Assembly (NCBI GenBank): GCA_024408105.1
Contig: JAKSVG010000001.1
Span: 50,854 to 114,853, forward strand
DNA: 64,000 nt
Reading direction: 5' to 3'
Source of the DNA: Bacilli bacterium
GTDB taxonomy: Bacteria; Bacillota_I; Bacilli_A; RFN20; CAG-826
The position numbers were made by a program, and so were the translations under genes. The notes beneath the pieces are model-generated. The model had not been told where the DNA came from. It did not search any database and was given only the letters and a program-made list of their open reading frames with translations. Below, piece by piece: positions 36,453 through 45,999 of the stretch (its first letter is position 1; each line of letters begins with the position of its first letter).

Positions 36453-38258
36453 TTATTTCGCCTTTTTCTCGTTTGTGCGTTTAATATAATCATCAAGCAG
36501 GCGTGCTTGTTCAGCAGGAGATTTTCCTTCAAGGGCAAGTTTAATATTTGTCCTATTGTAATTCTTGGTTCGTTCTTCGTTGATTGTTATCAAACAATCA
36601 TTAAGAATTTCGTCAAGCTCATGCTTTTGGAATTTATGCAATGGAATTGCACTCAGTTCGTATAACAGTTTCCCCTTATTTGGATTATCGCTTTGCGAAA
36701 TATAATCCATTACCATTGATACATCCACTGAATTGTATTTTGATGCATACTCCACAAAATAATTTGCTAAGTCCCTATGTAAATCAATATTGAAGTAACC
36801 TATATTTTTTTCATAAAAATCTATTGCGTCCTTATCGTTTGCCATAAGTTCAAGAACTTGTCGCTCAGCACAGGCGAGTCTTCTTAGTTCGCGACTCACA
36901 TTAATGCCTTCATATTTTGGTTCATCTATTAAAATAGATTTGTCTGTTTTATCATGATTATCTGCTTTGTATTCTTTAATGAAATTTTTAATTGCATTCG
37001 CATTAAATCTCGTTACATCTGCGAGTTTATATATGTAATCCTCATATTCTAATTTTGACTTTATTCCAATTAGCATTGGAGCAAAATGAGAAATAACTTT
37101 TTTTCTATCCTCAACGGTTTCTAGAGGCGAAATATTTTTGTAGTAATTTAATGCAAAGTTAAACGGATCAACTAATGTCTTTACAAAAACTTTTAGTTTT
37201 TCTTCCCCATCTTGCTTAAGTATTTCATCTGGGTCACGAATTTCTCCAGGAAGCGATACAACTCTATATGAAATTCCAGCCTTATCAAGTGAGGACATAA
37301 TTTTCATCATTGCTTCTTGGCCTGGTTTATCTCCATCAAGGCATAATCTAATTTCTACATTTAGTCTGCGAATGAGCTCAATATGCTTATCTGTCAATTT
37401 TGTGCCCATTATAGCAACAGAAGAAGATATTCCTATGGAATCTAACGCAAATACATCCATAAAACCTTCAACCAAATATAGATATCCGTCATGTTTTGCT
37501 GACTGCTTTGCGATATGGTAGTTGTATAAAATTGATTCTTTTTTAAAAATTTTGGTTGTTGGAGAATTCACATATTTAGGTGCATCATCACCACTAGTCA
37601 TTTTTCTAGCAGAAAAACCTACCACTTGACCATTTGAGTTTTTTATTGGAAATATTAAACGACCAGCATTTGAGTCAGAAGTATCGGATGATCGAACTAA
37701 CGCAATACCAATATCTTCAATATTTTTCAAAGAAAAACCTTTCTGTTGCAAATAAGAAATAGTCATTTTTCCATTTTGCAATGAATAACCTAATGAATAT
37801 TTTTCTATTTGTTCTCTTGAAATTTGTCTTTTAGCTAAATAATCTAGAGCGGGCTTACCCTCATCGATCTGAAGACCGTATTCATAAAATTTTTGAAGTT
37901 CATTAATGCAGTTATAAAGAGTTTGTACATCTACATCAACAGGTTTTATTACCTCGTGTTTATGTAATCGTGGGTCATCGAAATTGATAATTTCGCAAAC
38001 CCTTTTAACTGCTTCACTAAAAGTAATTTTTTCGTAATCAGCGACAAAAGTAAAAACGTCTCCACCGTGATGACACACATAGCAATGGAATGTTTGTCTT
38101 TCTTTGTTAATGTCCATACTAGGAGTATGATCATCATGAAATGGACAAAGAGCAACGTAGCGTCTTCCTTTTTTAATCACGTTTAAATAGGAAGAGATGA
38201 CATCCACAATGTCGGCTCTACTTTTTATTTCTGCTAATAAATCGTGATCAAATACCAT
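36453..38258 (-). CDS. dnaG: DNA primase
   Basis: Zinc finger CPFHDDHTPSMDINKERQTFHCYVCHHGGD and TOPRIM (LVEGFMDV, DGDKPGQEA). The start is uncertain (ATG 38258 or TTG 38279) and neither has an SD. Confidence 0.93.
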   Translation of the reverse strand: MVFDHDLLAEIKSRADIVDVISSYLNVIKKGRRYVALCPFHDDHTPSMDINKERQTFHCYVCHHGGDVFTFVADYEKITFSEAVKRVCEIINFDDPRLHKHEVIKPVDVDVQTLYNCINELQKFYEYGLQIDEGKPALDYLAKRQISREQIEKYSLGYSLQNGKMTISYLQQKGFSLKNIEDIGIALVRSSDTSDSNAGRLIFPIKNSNGQVVGFSARKMTSGDDAPKYVNSPTTKIFKKESILYNYHIAKQSAKHDGYLYLVEGFMDVFALDSIGISSSVAIMGTKLTDKHIELIRRLNVEIRLCLDGDKPGQEAMMKIMSSLDKAGISYRVVSLPGEIRDPDEILKQDGEEKLKVFVKTLVDPFNFALNYYKNISPLETVEDRKKVISHFAPMLIGIKSKLEYEDYIYKLADVTRFNANAIKNFIKEYKADNHDKTDKSILIDEPKYEGINVSRELRRLACAERQVLELMANDKDAIDFYEKNIGYFNIDLHRDLANYFVEYASKYNSVDVSMVMDYISQSDNPNKGKLLYELSAIPLHKFQKHELDEILNDCLITINEERTKNYNRTNIKLALEGKSPAEQARLLDDYIKRTNEKKAK

Positions 38259-38290
38259 ATATAAATTACTATTAATCAACTAATTTTTAA

Positions 38291-39664
38291 CTATTTTTCA
38301 ATTTTATCTAAAAGATAGTTTCTAACATCACTTATAGGCATTCTAATTTGTTCCATAGTATCGCGGTCTCTAATTGTGACACAATTGTCTTTTTCGACAG
38401 TATCAAAATCTACTGTTATACAGTAAGGTGTGCCTATCGCATCCTGCCTTCTATATCTTTTGCCAATCGAGCCTGTTTCATCATAAATAACAGAGAAATG
38501 CTTATTAAGCATCGATAACACTTCTTTCGCTTTTTCTCCAAGCTGCTTGCTTAATGGTAATACGGCTGCTAAATATGGTGCAAGAATTGGCTTTAAATGC
38601 ATTACGACTCTTGTATCATTTTCTTTTAATGTTTCAACATCATATGCTTCGCATGCAACCATCAAAAAGATTCTCTCCACCCCCATCGAAGGCTCAATGC
38701 AATAAGGAACATACTTTTCGTTTGTTTCTGAATCTAAATATTCTAATGATTCACCACTTGCTTCCATGTGGCGTTTAAGGTCATAATCCGTTCTATCGGC
38801 TACGCCGAGAATTTCTCCCCAACCAAATGGGAACATATATTCAACATCGGTGGTTGCTTTTGAATAGAAGGCAAGTTCTTCCGGTTCGTGATCCCTGTAT
38901 CTAAGGTTTTCTTGACTAATATTTAAAGATGACAAGAAATCTAATGAAAACTTTTTCCAATAGGAAAACCACTCTAAATCAGTACCTGGTTTGCAGAAAA
39001 ATTCCATTTCCATTTGTTCAAATTCGCGTACTCTGAATATAAAGTTCCCTGGAGTGATTTCATTGCGGAAACTCTTTCCTATATTGCAAATGCCGAAAGG
39101 TATTTTTCTTCTTGATGTTCTTTGAACATTTTTGAAGTTCACAAACATTCCTTGGGCTGTTTCTGGACGTAGATATACTAAGCTTTCGGAAGCTTCGGTC
39201 ACGCCAATGTGGGTTCTAAACATTAAATTAAATTGACGAATATCAGTAAAATCTGACTTCCCACATACAGGACACGAAACTTTGTTATCTTTGATAAACT
39301 TAACCATTTCTTCATTAGTCATCCCGTTTACGTCAACGTCTGGATATGCTTTTTCAATCAAATTATCAGCGCGATGGCGTGAATGGCAATTTTTACAATC
39401 AATTAAAGGATCAGCAAATGTGGCAACGTGTCCAGTTGCTTTCCAAACATTAGGATTCATCAATATTGCTGCATCAATTCCAACATTAGTTGGAGATTCA
39501 CGAACGAATTTCTCCCACCAATATTTTTTAATATTATTTTTTAGCTCAACACCTAGCGGACCAAAATCCCATGAATTGGAAAGACCACCATAGATTTCAG
39601 AATCTTGATAAACAAATCCGCTAGTAATTAAGTGTGTAACAATTTCATCAAATTTCTTTTTCAT
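38291..39664 (-). CDS. glyQS: glycyl-tRNA synthetase (homodimeric GlyQS type)
   Basis: Motifs WDFGPLG, LRPETAQG, FRNEITPGNFIFRVREFEQMEMEFF and PSMGVERI. Confidence 0.95.
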   Translation of the reverse strand: MKKKFDEIVTHLITSGFVYQDSEIYGGLSNSWDFGPLGVELKNNIKKYWWEKFVRESPTNVGIDAAILMNPNVWKATGHVATFADPLIDCKNCHSRHRADNLIEKAYPDVDVNGMTNEEMVKFIKDNKVSCPVCGKSDFTDIRQFNLMFRTHIGVTEASESLVYLRPETAQGMFVNFKNVQRTSRRKIPFGICNIGKSFRNEITPGNFIFRVREFEQMEMEFFCKPGTDLEWFSYWKKFSLDFLSSLNISQENLRYRDHEPEELAFYSKATTDVEYMFPFGWGEILGVADRTDYDLKRHMEASGESLEYLDSETNEKYVPYCIEPSMGVERIFLMVACEAYDVETLKENDTRVVMHLKPILAPYLAAVLPLSKQLGEKAKEVLSMLNKHFSVIYDETGSIGKRYRRQDAIGTPYCITVDFDTVEKDNCVTIRDRDTMEQIRMPISDVRNYLLDKIEK

Positions 39665-39698
39665 AATAGTTAATTATCCTCGTCAATAAACGCAACAT

Positions 39699-39727
39699 AG
39701 TATATGTGCGTGTGAATATCTTGTCAA
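39699..39727 (-). promoter_or_regulatory. sigma-A promoter upstream of glyQS
   Basis: The minus strand has TTGACA, a 17-nt spacer and TATACT, 35 nt upstream of the glyQS ATG. Confidence 0.8.
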
Positions 39728-39744
39728 CCTATTATAAGTGTATT

Positions 39745-40464
39745 TTATATCTTATTCAAAAGATTTATAGATTTTATATCTATTTGGGCATTATCATAAG
39801 CAAACTTCTTAAGATCATTAATTAATTCTAAGCATTCTTGTTTTGTAAATATAACTTTATCAAAGTTATTGATATCTACTTTAAATATGTAACGAATTAT
39901 TTTAAGTTTTCTACTGTCACATTGAACGTGTTTTGAAGGCATATAGCAGTCTTTGCATATAAATCCTCCATCTAGATATGAAACGGCTGTAATTTGGCTT
40001 GTTTTGCCACAAATAACGCAACTATCAACGTTAAGTTGGTATCCAGTTTCTTTTAATACAACTGCAAAATAAATTAAACCAATGGTAAACGGATCAAATC
40101 CTTCATCCAATAATTCTAAGGCTTTGCTAAACCAATTATAAACTTTAGCGGCGTCATCATTTTGGATAAATTTATTTGTTATTTCTCCAATCATATCCGC
40201 AATGGCTAGTGTGGAAATATTATCTTTGATATGAGGGAAACTAGTATGTAATTCTCCACTTCTTAAAGAAAAACCTTCTTTACCTTTAGATAATTGAAAT
40301 TTTGCCTTAGAAAAAAGATTTACAGTTGGTGCGTTTTTGCTTTCAAATTTTAATACGCCTCTAGCCAAAAACGAAATGATTCTATCATTGGTTAAGACAT
40401 TTACCACTGCATCATTTTCACGAAAAGGGGTGGCTCTAATCACAATGCCTTCAATCTCGAACAT
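39745..40464 (-). CDS. recO: DNA repair protein RecO
   Basis: N-terminal OB fold (GIVIRATPFRENDAVV) and zinc-finger cysteines (CVICG...CKDC). Conserved era-recO order. Confidence 0.88.
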   Translation of the reverse strand: MFEIEGIVIRATPFRENDAVVNVLTNDRIISFLARGVLKFESKNAPTVNLFSKAKFQLSKGKEGFSLRSGELHTSFPHIKDNISTLAIADMIGEITNKFIQNDDAAKVYNWFSKALELLDEGFDPFTIGLIYFAVVLKETGYQLNVDSCVICGKTSQITAVSYLDGGFICKDCYMPSKHVQCDSRKLKIIRYIFKVDINNFDKVIFTKQECLELINDLKKFAYDNAQIDIKSINLLNKI

Positions 40465-41336
40465 TATTTATAGCCTAATTCCTTCAGTATTTTTGGATTA
40501 TTAATCCAATCTTCTTTTACAGAAACAAATAGGTCGAGGAAAATGTGCTTATTAAAGTACTCTTCTAATGTTTTTCTAGACTTGATGCCAATAGCTTTAA
40601 TTTTCTTCCCGCCTTTTCCAATTACAATTCCTTTATGCGATTCACGGTCAACAATTATTGTTGCCTTGATATAAACTGCATCAGACTTGTGCTGTATTTC
40701 ATCAACTCTAACAGCCAGTTCATGGGGAACTTCTTCCTTTAAAAATTTAAGTAATTTTTCACGTATTATTTCAGAAACATAAAACGCTGCATCCTTATCA
40801 GTGATAGTTTCTTCATCATAGTACCGCGGCCCTTCTTTCATTAATGGCTTAATTTTTTCAAGTAATTCCCTAATGCCAAAATTTTCTATCGCACTCATCT
40901 CAAGGATTTCTGCATTTGGGTATTTATTTTTATAAATTTCTTTAATAGCCACAACTTCAGGAAGCCTAAGCAAATCAATTTTATTGATAATTACAAATAA
41001 AGGGCAATTTTCCGGAATGTTCTTTGCTATATATTCATCACCAGCATCAAACTTCTTAGATCCGTCAACAACTAAGACGATTGCCTCAACTCCTTTTGTG
41101 GAATCAATCGCACCTTGATTCATGATTCTTCCAAGGGAATGGCGTGCCTTATGAATTCCAGGTGTATCAACAAAAACAATTTGATAATCGCCATCATCAA
41201 ATATTCCTCTAATTGCGTTACGTGTCGTTTGTGCTTTTTCGGTAACTATTGATATATCTCGCTCTAAAAGAGCGTTAATCAAAGTCGACTTTCCCGCATT
41301 AGGCCTTCCAATAATAGCTACAAAGCCAGAACGCAT
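40464..41336 (-). CDS. era: GTPase Era
   Basis: Motifs GRPNAGKSTL, DTPG and NKID, plus a C-terminal KH domain (VIGKGGKKIKAIG). Confidence 0.96.
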   Translation of the reverse strand: MRSGFVAIIGRPNAGKSTLINALLERDISIVTEKAQTTRNAIRGIFDDGDYQIVFVDTPGIHKARHSLGRIMNQGAIDSTKGVEAIVLVVDGSKKFDAGDEYIAKNIPENCPLFVIINKIDLLRLPEVVAIKEIYKNKYPNAEILEMSAIENFGIRELLEKIKPLMKEGPRYYDEETITDKDAAFYVSEIIREKLLKFLKEEVPHELAVRVDEIQHKSDAVYIKATIIVDRESHKGIVIGKGGKKIKAIGIKSRKTLEEYFNKHIFLDLFVSVKEDWINNPKILKELGYK

Positions 41337-42181
41337 TATTTCAAATCATCCTCAGAAAATGCAAACGGAAGTAGTTCATCAATAGATGTTTCTTGAACTA
41401 AACCTTTTAGGTTTGCCATAAATATAGGGGCGCTCTTTGGCATAAGTTCTGACATAACTTGTCTACATGCGCCGCATGGAGCACAAGGACCTTCGGTATC
41501 CGCAGCTAATGCTAAGGCAGCAATATCGCCCTTTTTAACGCCATGCATATATGCATTATAGAGAGCGTTTCTTTCAGCACACATGCAAAGTGGGTAAGCA
41601 GAGTTTTCAATATTAGCTCCTAAAAAGACTTTGCCATCGGTTGTCAAAACTGCTGCACCAACTTTGAATTTTGAATAAGGAGAGTAAGATAATTCTCTCG
41701 CCTCAATCGCTTTAGTAACTAATTCATTCTTTTCCATTTTGTGTCCTCCGAGGATTTCATCCTGCAATTGAAACATAACGATTTCATCGTTCTTTTTCAT
41801 ATGATCATAGCCTAATAAATGAAGCATTCCATGAACAAAAAGAAATGACATTTCTCTGTTAACTGAGTGACCGAATTCTTTAGCTTGTTCTTCGGCTTTT
41901 TCATATGAAATAACAATTTGCCCTAAAGATAAAGGAATATCTGAAGAAATTGTTTCATTTTCATCATCAAAAAATGCAAAACTGATTACATCAGTCGGCT
42001 TATCATTTTTTCGATAATCGCGATTAATTTCTTGGATAGATTTATTATCTACAATAATCACATCAACGATATAATTTTCTTTAATACCTAAATGATTAAA
42101 GACCTTCTCAGTTAAATTTGAGAACTGATTTTCAAATGCATCATAAGATGCAGGTCCGTGATTGATAAAATCTAATTCCAT
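41336..42181 (-). CDS. ybeY: in-frame fusion: endoribonuclease YbeY + cytidine deaminase Cdd
   Basis: Residues 1-147 carry the YbeY motif HGMLHLLGYDH. Residues 148-281 carry the Cdd zinc motifs CAERNAL and PCGACRQ. No stop codon separates them. An internal GGAGGA SD lies 6 nt before ATG 41737. Confidence 0.9.
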   Translation of the reverse strand: MELDFINHGPASYDAFENQFSNLTEKVFNHLGIKENYIVDVIIVDNKSIQEINRDYRKNDKPTDVISFAFFDDENETISSDIPLSLGQIVISYEKAEEQAKEFGHSVNREMSFLFVHGMLHLLGYDHMKKNDEIVMFQLQDEILGGHKMEKNELVTKAIEARELSYSPYSKFKVGAAVLTTDGKVFLGANIENSAYPLCMCAERNALYNAYMHGVKKGDIAALALAADTEGPCAPCGACRQVMSELMPKSAPIFMANLKGLVQETSIDELLPFAFSEDDLK

Positions 42182-42223
42182 ATATTAGGGATTTATATAA
42201 TAACATACATTTAATGCTATGTC

Positions 42224-43396
42224 CTATAAATTGCATTTATGAATGAATTTAGCCTTGTCTTTTTTGTAATCAGAAATTTCCCAATCCGCATTAAGAAAAA
42301 CGTCAAAGTTCATCAGAAGAACATAATATAATCCAAAGTGAAAAATCACATAATTTACACTGATTTCTTTAGCAGATAACATAAGCAAAAAGCTAATTAT
42401 AATAACTATAAATGTATTAATACATTTTCTTAAAGCAATTTTTAAAGCAAAAGAAGATGATTTATTACATACTGATTTAATATCTTCAACTAAGTTTGAT
42501 CTTGCAGAACTGCAAAGTGCTTGTTCATTGATAGATATATCATCTTTAATTTTGCAGTCACCTTTATGAAACATAATTTTTTCAATGACACACACTAATA
42601 AAAGAATTAAGAAAGCTATACAATTTTTTGAATCATTTAAAATTAAGCTAACAACTATAATTATCGTGAGAATTAAACTAGAAAATAATTTACGAGAATA
42701 AGAAAAATATTTTGACTTAAAACTTGCATAAAATTTATAGTCATTTTTTGATATATTATTGCTTGAGAAAAATAATGGGATATATTTATTATCAAAGAAT
42801 TTAATTTCTTTGATTAAATACCATTTTTCTACTAATTCGAAAATCATAAATATAGTCAATAAAATAAATGGAGTAAGAATAAAAGAATCACCTTTTATGA
42901 AATATAAACCCGTTACCAAAGAGGCTACTCCTAGTATCGAAAGTGAAAGAGAAATAATTTGGGAAATTGGGGATAGGATATTTTTGTTTTTTATTTTTAG
43001 TTCCTTTCTTTTATATTCTGCTATTTCAAGAGTTTCTCCACTCCAACTATTTAAAAATTTATCAATTTTAATTTTGATAGAACCAAGTGATGGATCATTG
43101 ACTAGGATGAATTTTGTTGTGATCTTTTTCACTAATACTAAATGATTAGAATTAATAAGCACTAAAGCAGGAATGTTTATCTTTGATAAATCTTTATCAA
43201 TATATTTAAACGCACAAAGTTTAACGTTATATCTTGAAGCGATTTCGATTAAATTCGAAAAAGAATATGGACGGTCTTTAAAAGGGGAATTAAGACGCAG
43301 AAAAGATTTATTCTTGTTTATTGTGGCTAAAAGCATTTTTAATGACGCAAAGCCACAATCATGTTCGCTCCCTTGATAGCAAAAATATTTTGACAC
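42224..43396 (-). CDS. C39 cysteine peptidase domain fused to a 6-TM ABC-exporter-like membrane domain, with no ATPase domain
   Basis: The N-terminal 130 aa have the full C39 catalytic set in the usual spacing: Q..(5)..C in YQGSEHDCGFASLKML, His in SNHLVLV, Asp in VNDPSLG. Six hydrophobic helices follow, arranged with two long cytoplasmic loops. The ORF ends 42 nt before ybeY. GGAGGTGA SD 8 nt before GTG 43396. Confidence 0.7.
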   Translation of the reverse strand: MSKYFCYQGSEHDCGFASLKMLLATINKNKSFLRLNSPFKDRPYSFSNLIEIASRYNVKLCAFKYIDKDLSKINIPALVLINSNHLVLVKKITTKFILVNDPSLGSIKIKIDKFLNSWSGETLEIAEYKRKELKIKNKNILSPISQIISLSLSILGVASLVTGLYFIKGDSFILTPFILLTIFMIFELVEKWYLIKEIKFFDNKYIPLFFSSNNISKNDYKFYASFKSKYFSYSRKLFSSLILTIIIVVSLILNDSKNCIAFLILLLVCVIEKIMFHKGDCKIKDDISINEQALCSSARSNLVEDIKSVCNKSSSFALKIALRKCINTFIVIIISFLLMLSAKEISVNYVIFHFGLYYVLLMNFDVFLNADWEISDYKKDKAKFIHKCNL

Positions 43397-43442
43397 TAGT
43401 TTCACCTCCAATATCTAGTAGTCAATTTTCAAGAAAAAATGC

Positions 43443-43471
43443 TAAAAGAAAAAGGGAAGCAAATGCTTCCC
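43443..43471 (-). terminator. intrinsic terminator after rpsU
   Basis: The minus strand has GGGAAGC-attt-GCTTCCC followed by TTTTTCTTTT. It separates rpsU from the C39-TMD gene. Confidence 0.88.
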
Positions 43472-43480
43472 AATTATTGA

Positions 43481-43497
43481 TTAGTACGTATTAGTAA
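43481..43497 (+). repeat. phased direct repeat TTAGTAC-N3-TTAGTAA
   Basis: Copies at 43481 and 43491 (10-bp period), overlapping the rpsU stop on the opposite strand. Confidence 0.45.
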
Positions 43498-43664
43498 GTT
43501 TTACGTCTTGCCATTTCGCTTTTTAGTTTACGCTTAAGTCCTTTTTTAAGGTAGAACTCTCTTTTACGTGTCTCAAGGAGAACGCCGGATTTGTTCACTT
43601 GGCGTTTAAAACGGCGAAGTGCTTCGTCTAATGTTTCGTTTTCACGAACAACTGTCTTTGGCAT
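43491..43664 (-). CDS. rpsU: 30S ribosomal protein S21
   Basis: Absent from the ORF track (57 aa). My translation is [67 protein letters not shown]. Followed by a terminator. Confidence 0.93.
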   Translation of the reverse strand: MPKTVVRENETLDEALRRFKRQVNKSGVLLETRKREFYLKKGLKRKLKSEMARRKTY

Positions 43665-43702
43665 TTAATTCATCTCCTTCCTTACGTACAGAATAACTAA
43701 TG

Positions 43703-44347
43703 TTATTCACCTTTTACGATTTTAACACCGCAAGAGGCGCCGATGCGAGATGCACCAGCATTAATCATATCTTCAGCTTCAAAGCGATTATGGATACCAC
43801 CACTGGCCTTAACACCAAATGTAGGTCCGACTGCTTCACGCATCATAGCAACATGACGCACTGTAGCTCCGCCTTTTGAGAAGCCTGTAGATGTTTTAAC
43901 ATAGTCTGCGCCAGCACGCACACACGCTCTACAGCACTCAACGATTTCTTCGTCGGTGAGTAAACATGTTTCAAGAATTACTTTTAGTAATTTGCCACCG
44001 CATCCTTCTTTAACTAATCTAACTTCTTTTTCGATAAAATCATAATCATGCTCTTTAGCCATTGAAATGTTTAGAACCATATCAATTTCTTGAGCACCTG
44101 CTTTAACAGCTTCGCTTGCTTCAAACTTTTTAACCTCTGGAAGCGTTGCTCCTAATGGGAATCCAATAACTGTGCAAACCTTAACAATTGAGCCTGCAAG
44201 TAGTTTGCTCGCCACTGGGACAAAGCAAGGGTTGACGCACACAGATGCAAATTCATAACTACGTGCTTCTTCACACAATTTTTTAATTGCTTCTATAGAA
44301 GCATCTGGTTTTAAAAGTGTGTGATCAATCATTCTATTAATTTCCAT
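43703..44347 (-). CDS. deoC: deoxyribose-phosphate aldolase
   Basis: IDHTLLKP and the Schiff-base lysine context DYVKTSTGF, with GVKASGGI. Confidence 0.94.
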   Translation of the reverse strand: MEINRMIDHTLLKPDASIEAIKKLCEEARSYEFASVCVNPCFVPVASKLLAGSIVKVCTVIGFPLGATLPEVKKFEASEAVKAGAQEIDMVLNISMAKEHDYDFIEKEVRLVKEGCGGKLLKVILETCLLTDEEIVECCRACVRAGADYVKTSTGFSKGGATVRHVAMMREAVGPTFGVKASGGIHNRFEAEDMINAGASRIGASCGVKIVKGE

Positions 44348-44394
44348 TTTTGTTACCTCTTTGTTAGATTATAACACAAAGTGTTGATTTAAGA

Positions 44395-44643
44395 CTACTC
44401 TGCTTTTTTAGAAGCTGTTTTCTTAGTTGCTTTCTTTGGAGCAGGTTTTACATCAACTGCTTTTGTGTCTTTTTTGCTCATAACGTCTTTTCCGTTATAG
44501 TAACCACATTTAGGGCACACATTATGAGATTTAATAGTTGCACCACAATTTGGGCACTTAACTAATCCAGAAACTGAAAGTTTAAAGTGAGTGCGGCGCA
44601 TTCTTTTTGATGTTTTTGATGTTCTTCTGAATGGGACTGCCAT
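44395..44643 (-). CDS. rpmF: 50S ribosomal protein L32 with a Lys-rich C-terminal extension
   Basis: [19 protein letters not shown] and the zinc ribbon CPNCG..CPKCG. It is 82 aa against the usual 57-60. Confidence 0.92.
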   Translation of the reverse strand: MAVPFRRTSKTSKRMRRTHFKLSVSGLVKCPNCGATIKSHNVCPKCGYYNGKDVMSKKDTKAVDVKPAPKKATKKTASKKAE

Positions 44644-44745
44644 AGAATTTTCCTCCTAACAAACTGCAGTTAATTATAAATTAATGATATATAAAAGCAA
44701 TATTTTTTAATACAATGTTTAAAAATTTACTATCTTTTCTCGACA

Positions 44746-45999
44746 CTATCGAACTTTTAATTTAACGATTTTGCCAATATATTCATCAGGCAAATCTGCT
44801 GATATCTTAAGATAATTCGATGTAAAACCAGACAATAATCCTGTTGTTTTATTTCTCTCTTCTAAAAGAACTTCTAATTCTTTGCCTCTAAATGAGTTGA
44901 AATACTTATCATAAAGAACGTTAGACAATTCAATTAGCTTACTGACTCGTTCGTTTTTAACCTTAGGGTCGACTTGCTCACTCATCTCGTAAGCTGGCGT
45001 TCCTTCTCTAGCAGAAAACGGAAAAACATGTAACTCAGCAAAATTAACTTTTTTTATAAATTCATATGTTTCGTTGAATTCTTCTTCGCTTTCGCCAGGG
45101 AATCCAACAATTACATCTGTCGTGATTGCAATATCCGGTCGCACTTCTCTAATTTTATTAACTTTGTTAACGAAGTCTTGAACATTATATTTTCTGTGCA
45201 TTCTTTTTAGCACACTTGATGATCCACTTTGCAAAGGCATGTGCAAATGGTTTGCAATGTTTGGATAGTTTTTAAGCAAATTAATAAATTTATCGTCGAT
45301 TTCACTTTCTTCAATTGAAGATATCCTTAATCTATATAAGCCAGGTATTTTCAAAATTTCTTCAACTAAATCTGAAAACGTGATTCCTTTTAAATCAATC
45401 CCATAGAACGCTGTGTGAATTCCCGTTAGCACGAATTCTTTGAATCCTTGAGAAATAAGATGCTTTATTTCATCAATAATTTCATCTTTGTCTCTTGATC
45501 GAACATTGCCTCTTGTGTATGGTATTGTACAATATGTACAAAAATTATTACATCCATCTTCAACTTTTATGTATGCTCGAGTAGATTCTGGCAATGTGAA
45601 AACACCAAAAGATTCATATTTTAAATGGCGAACATCGTCATCTATCATTTTTATTGGCTTCTTAGTTTTTAAAAATGTCTGAATCAACTCTAAAATCTTA
45701 TTTCTGTTTGAAGTTCCGACAACAATATCAGCGTTGCATTCTTTTATTACATAATCTGCATTCTTCTGAGAATAGCACCCCATCACAACCACAATAGAAT
45801 TGATATTGTTTCTTTTTTCTCGTCTTATTATCTGCCGAGATTTTTGATCTGCAACAGATGTAACAGAACATGTATTGATAATAGTTACATCTGGTGAAAT
45901 TTGAGATTCCTCATAACCATTTAAAAAAAGCATCTGGCGAATAGCGTTGCTTTCATATGAATTAACTTTGCAACCAAGTGATATTAATTTAAATTTCAT
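44746..45999 (-). CDS. mtaB: radical-SAM methylthiotransferase, MtaB (YqeV)-like
   Basis: MTTase N-terminal domain (NTCSVT), radical SAM CNNFCTYC and a C-terminal TRAM-like region. It lies in the rsmE neighbourhood, as yqeV does in Bacillus. The MtaB-versus-MiaB call is based on context and size. Confidence 0.8.
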   Translation of the reverse strand: MKFKLISLGCKVNSYESNAIRQMLFLNGYEESQISPDVTIINTCSVTSVADQKSRQIIRREKRNNINSIVVVMGCYSQKNADYVIKECNADIVVGTSNRNKILELIQTFLKTKKPIKMIDDDVRHLKYESFGVFTLPESTRAYIKVEDGCNNFCTYCTIPYTRGNVRSRDKDEIIDEIKHLISQGFKEFVLTGIHTAFYGIDLKGITFSDLVEEILKIPGLYRLRISSIEESEIDDKFINLLKNYPNIANHLHMPLQSGSSSVLKRMHRKYNVQDFVNKVNKIREVRPDIAITTDVIVGFPGESEEEFNETYEFIKKVNFAELHVFPFSAREGTPAYEMSEQVDPKVKNERVSKLIELSNVLYDKYFNSFRGKELEVLLEERNKTTGLLSGFTSNYLKISADLPDEYIGKIVKLKVR

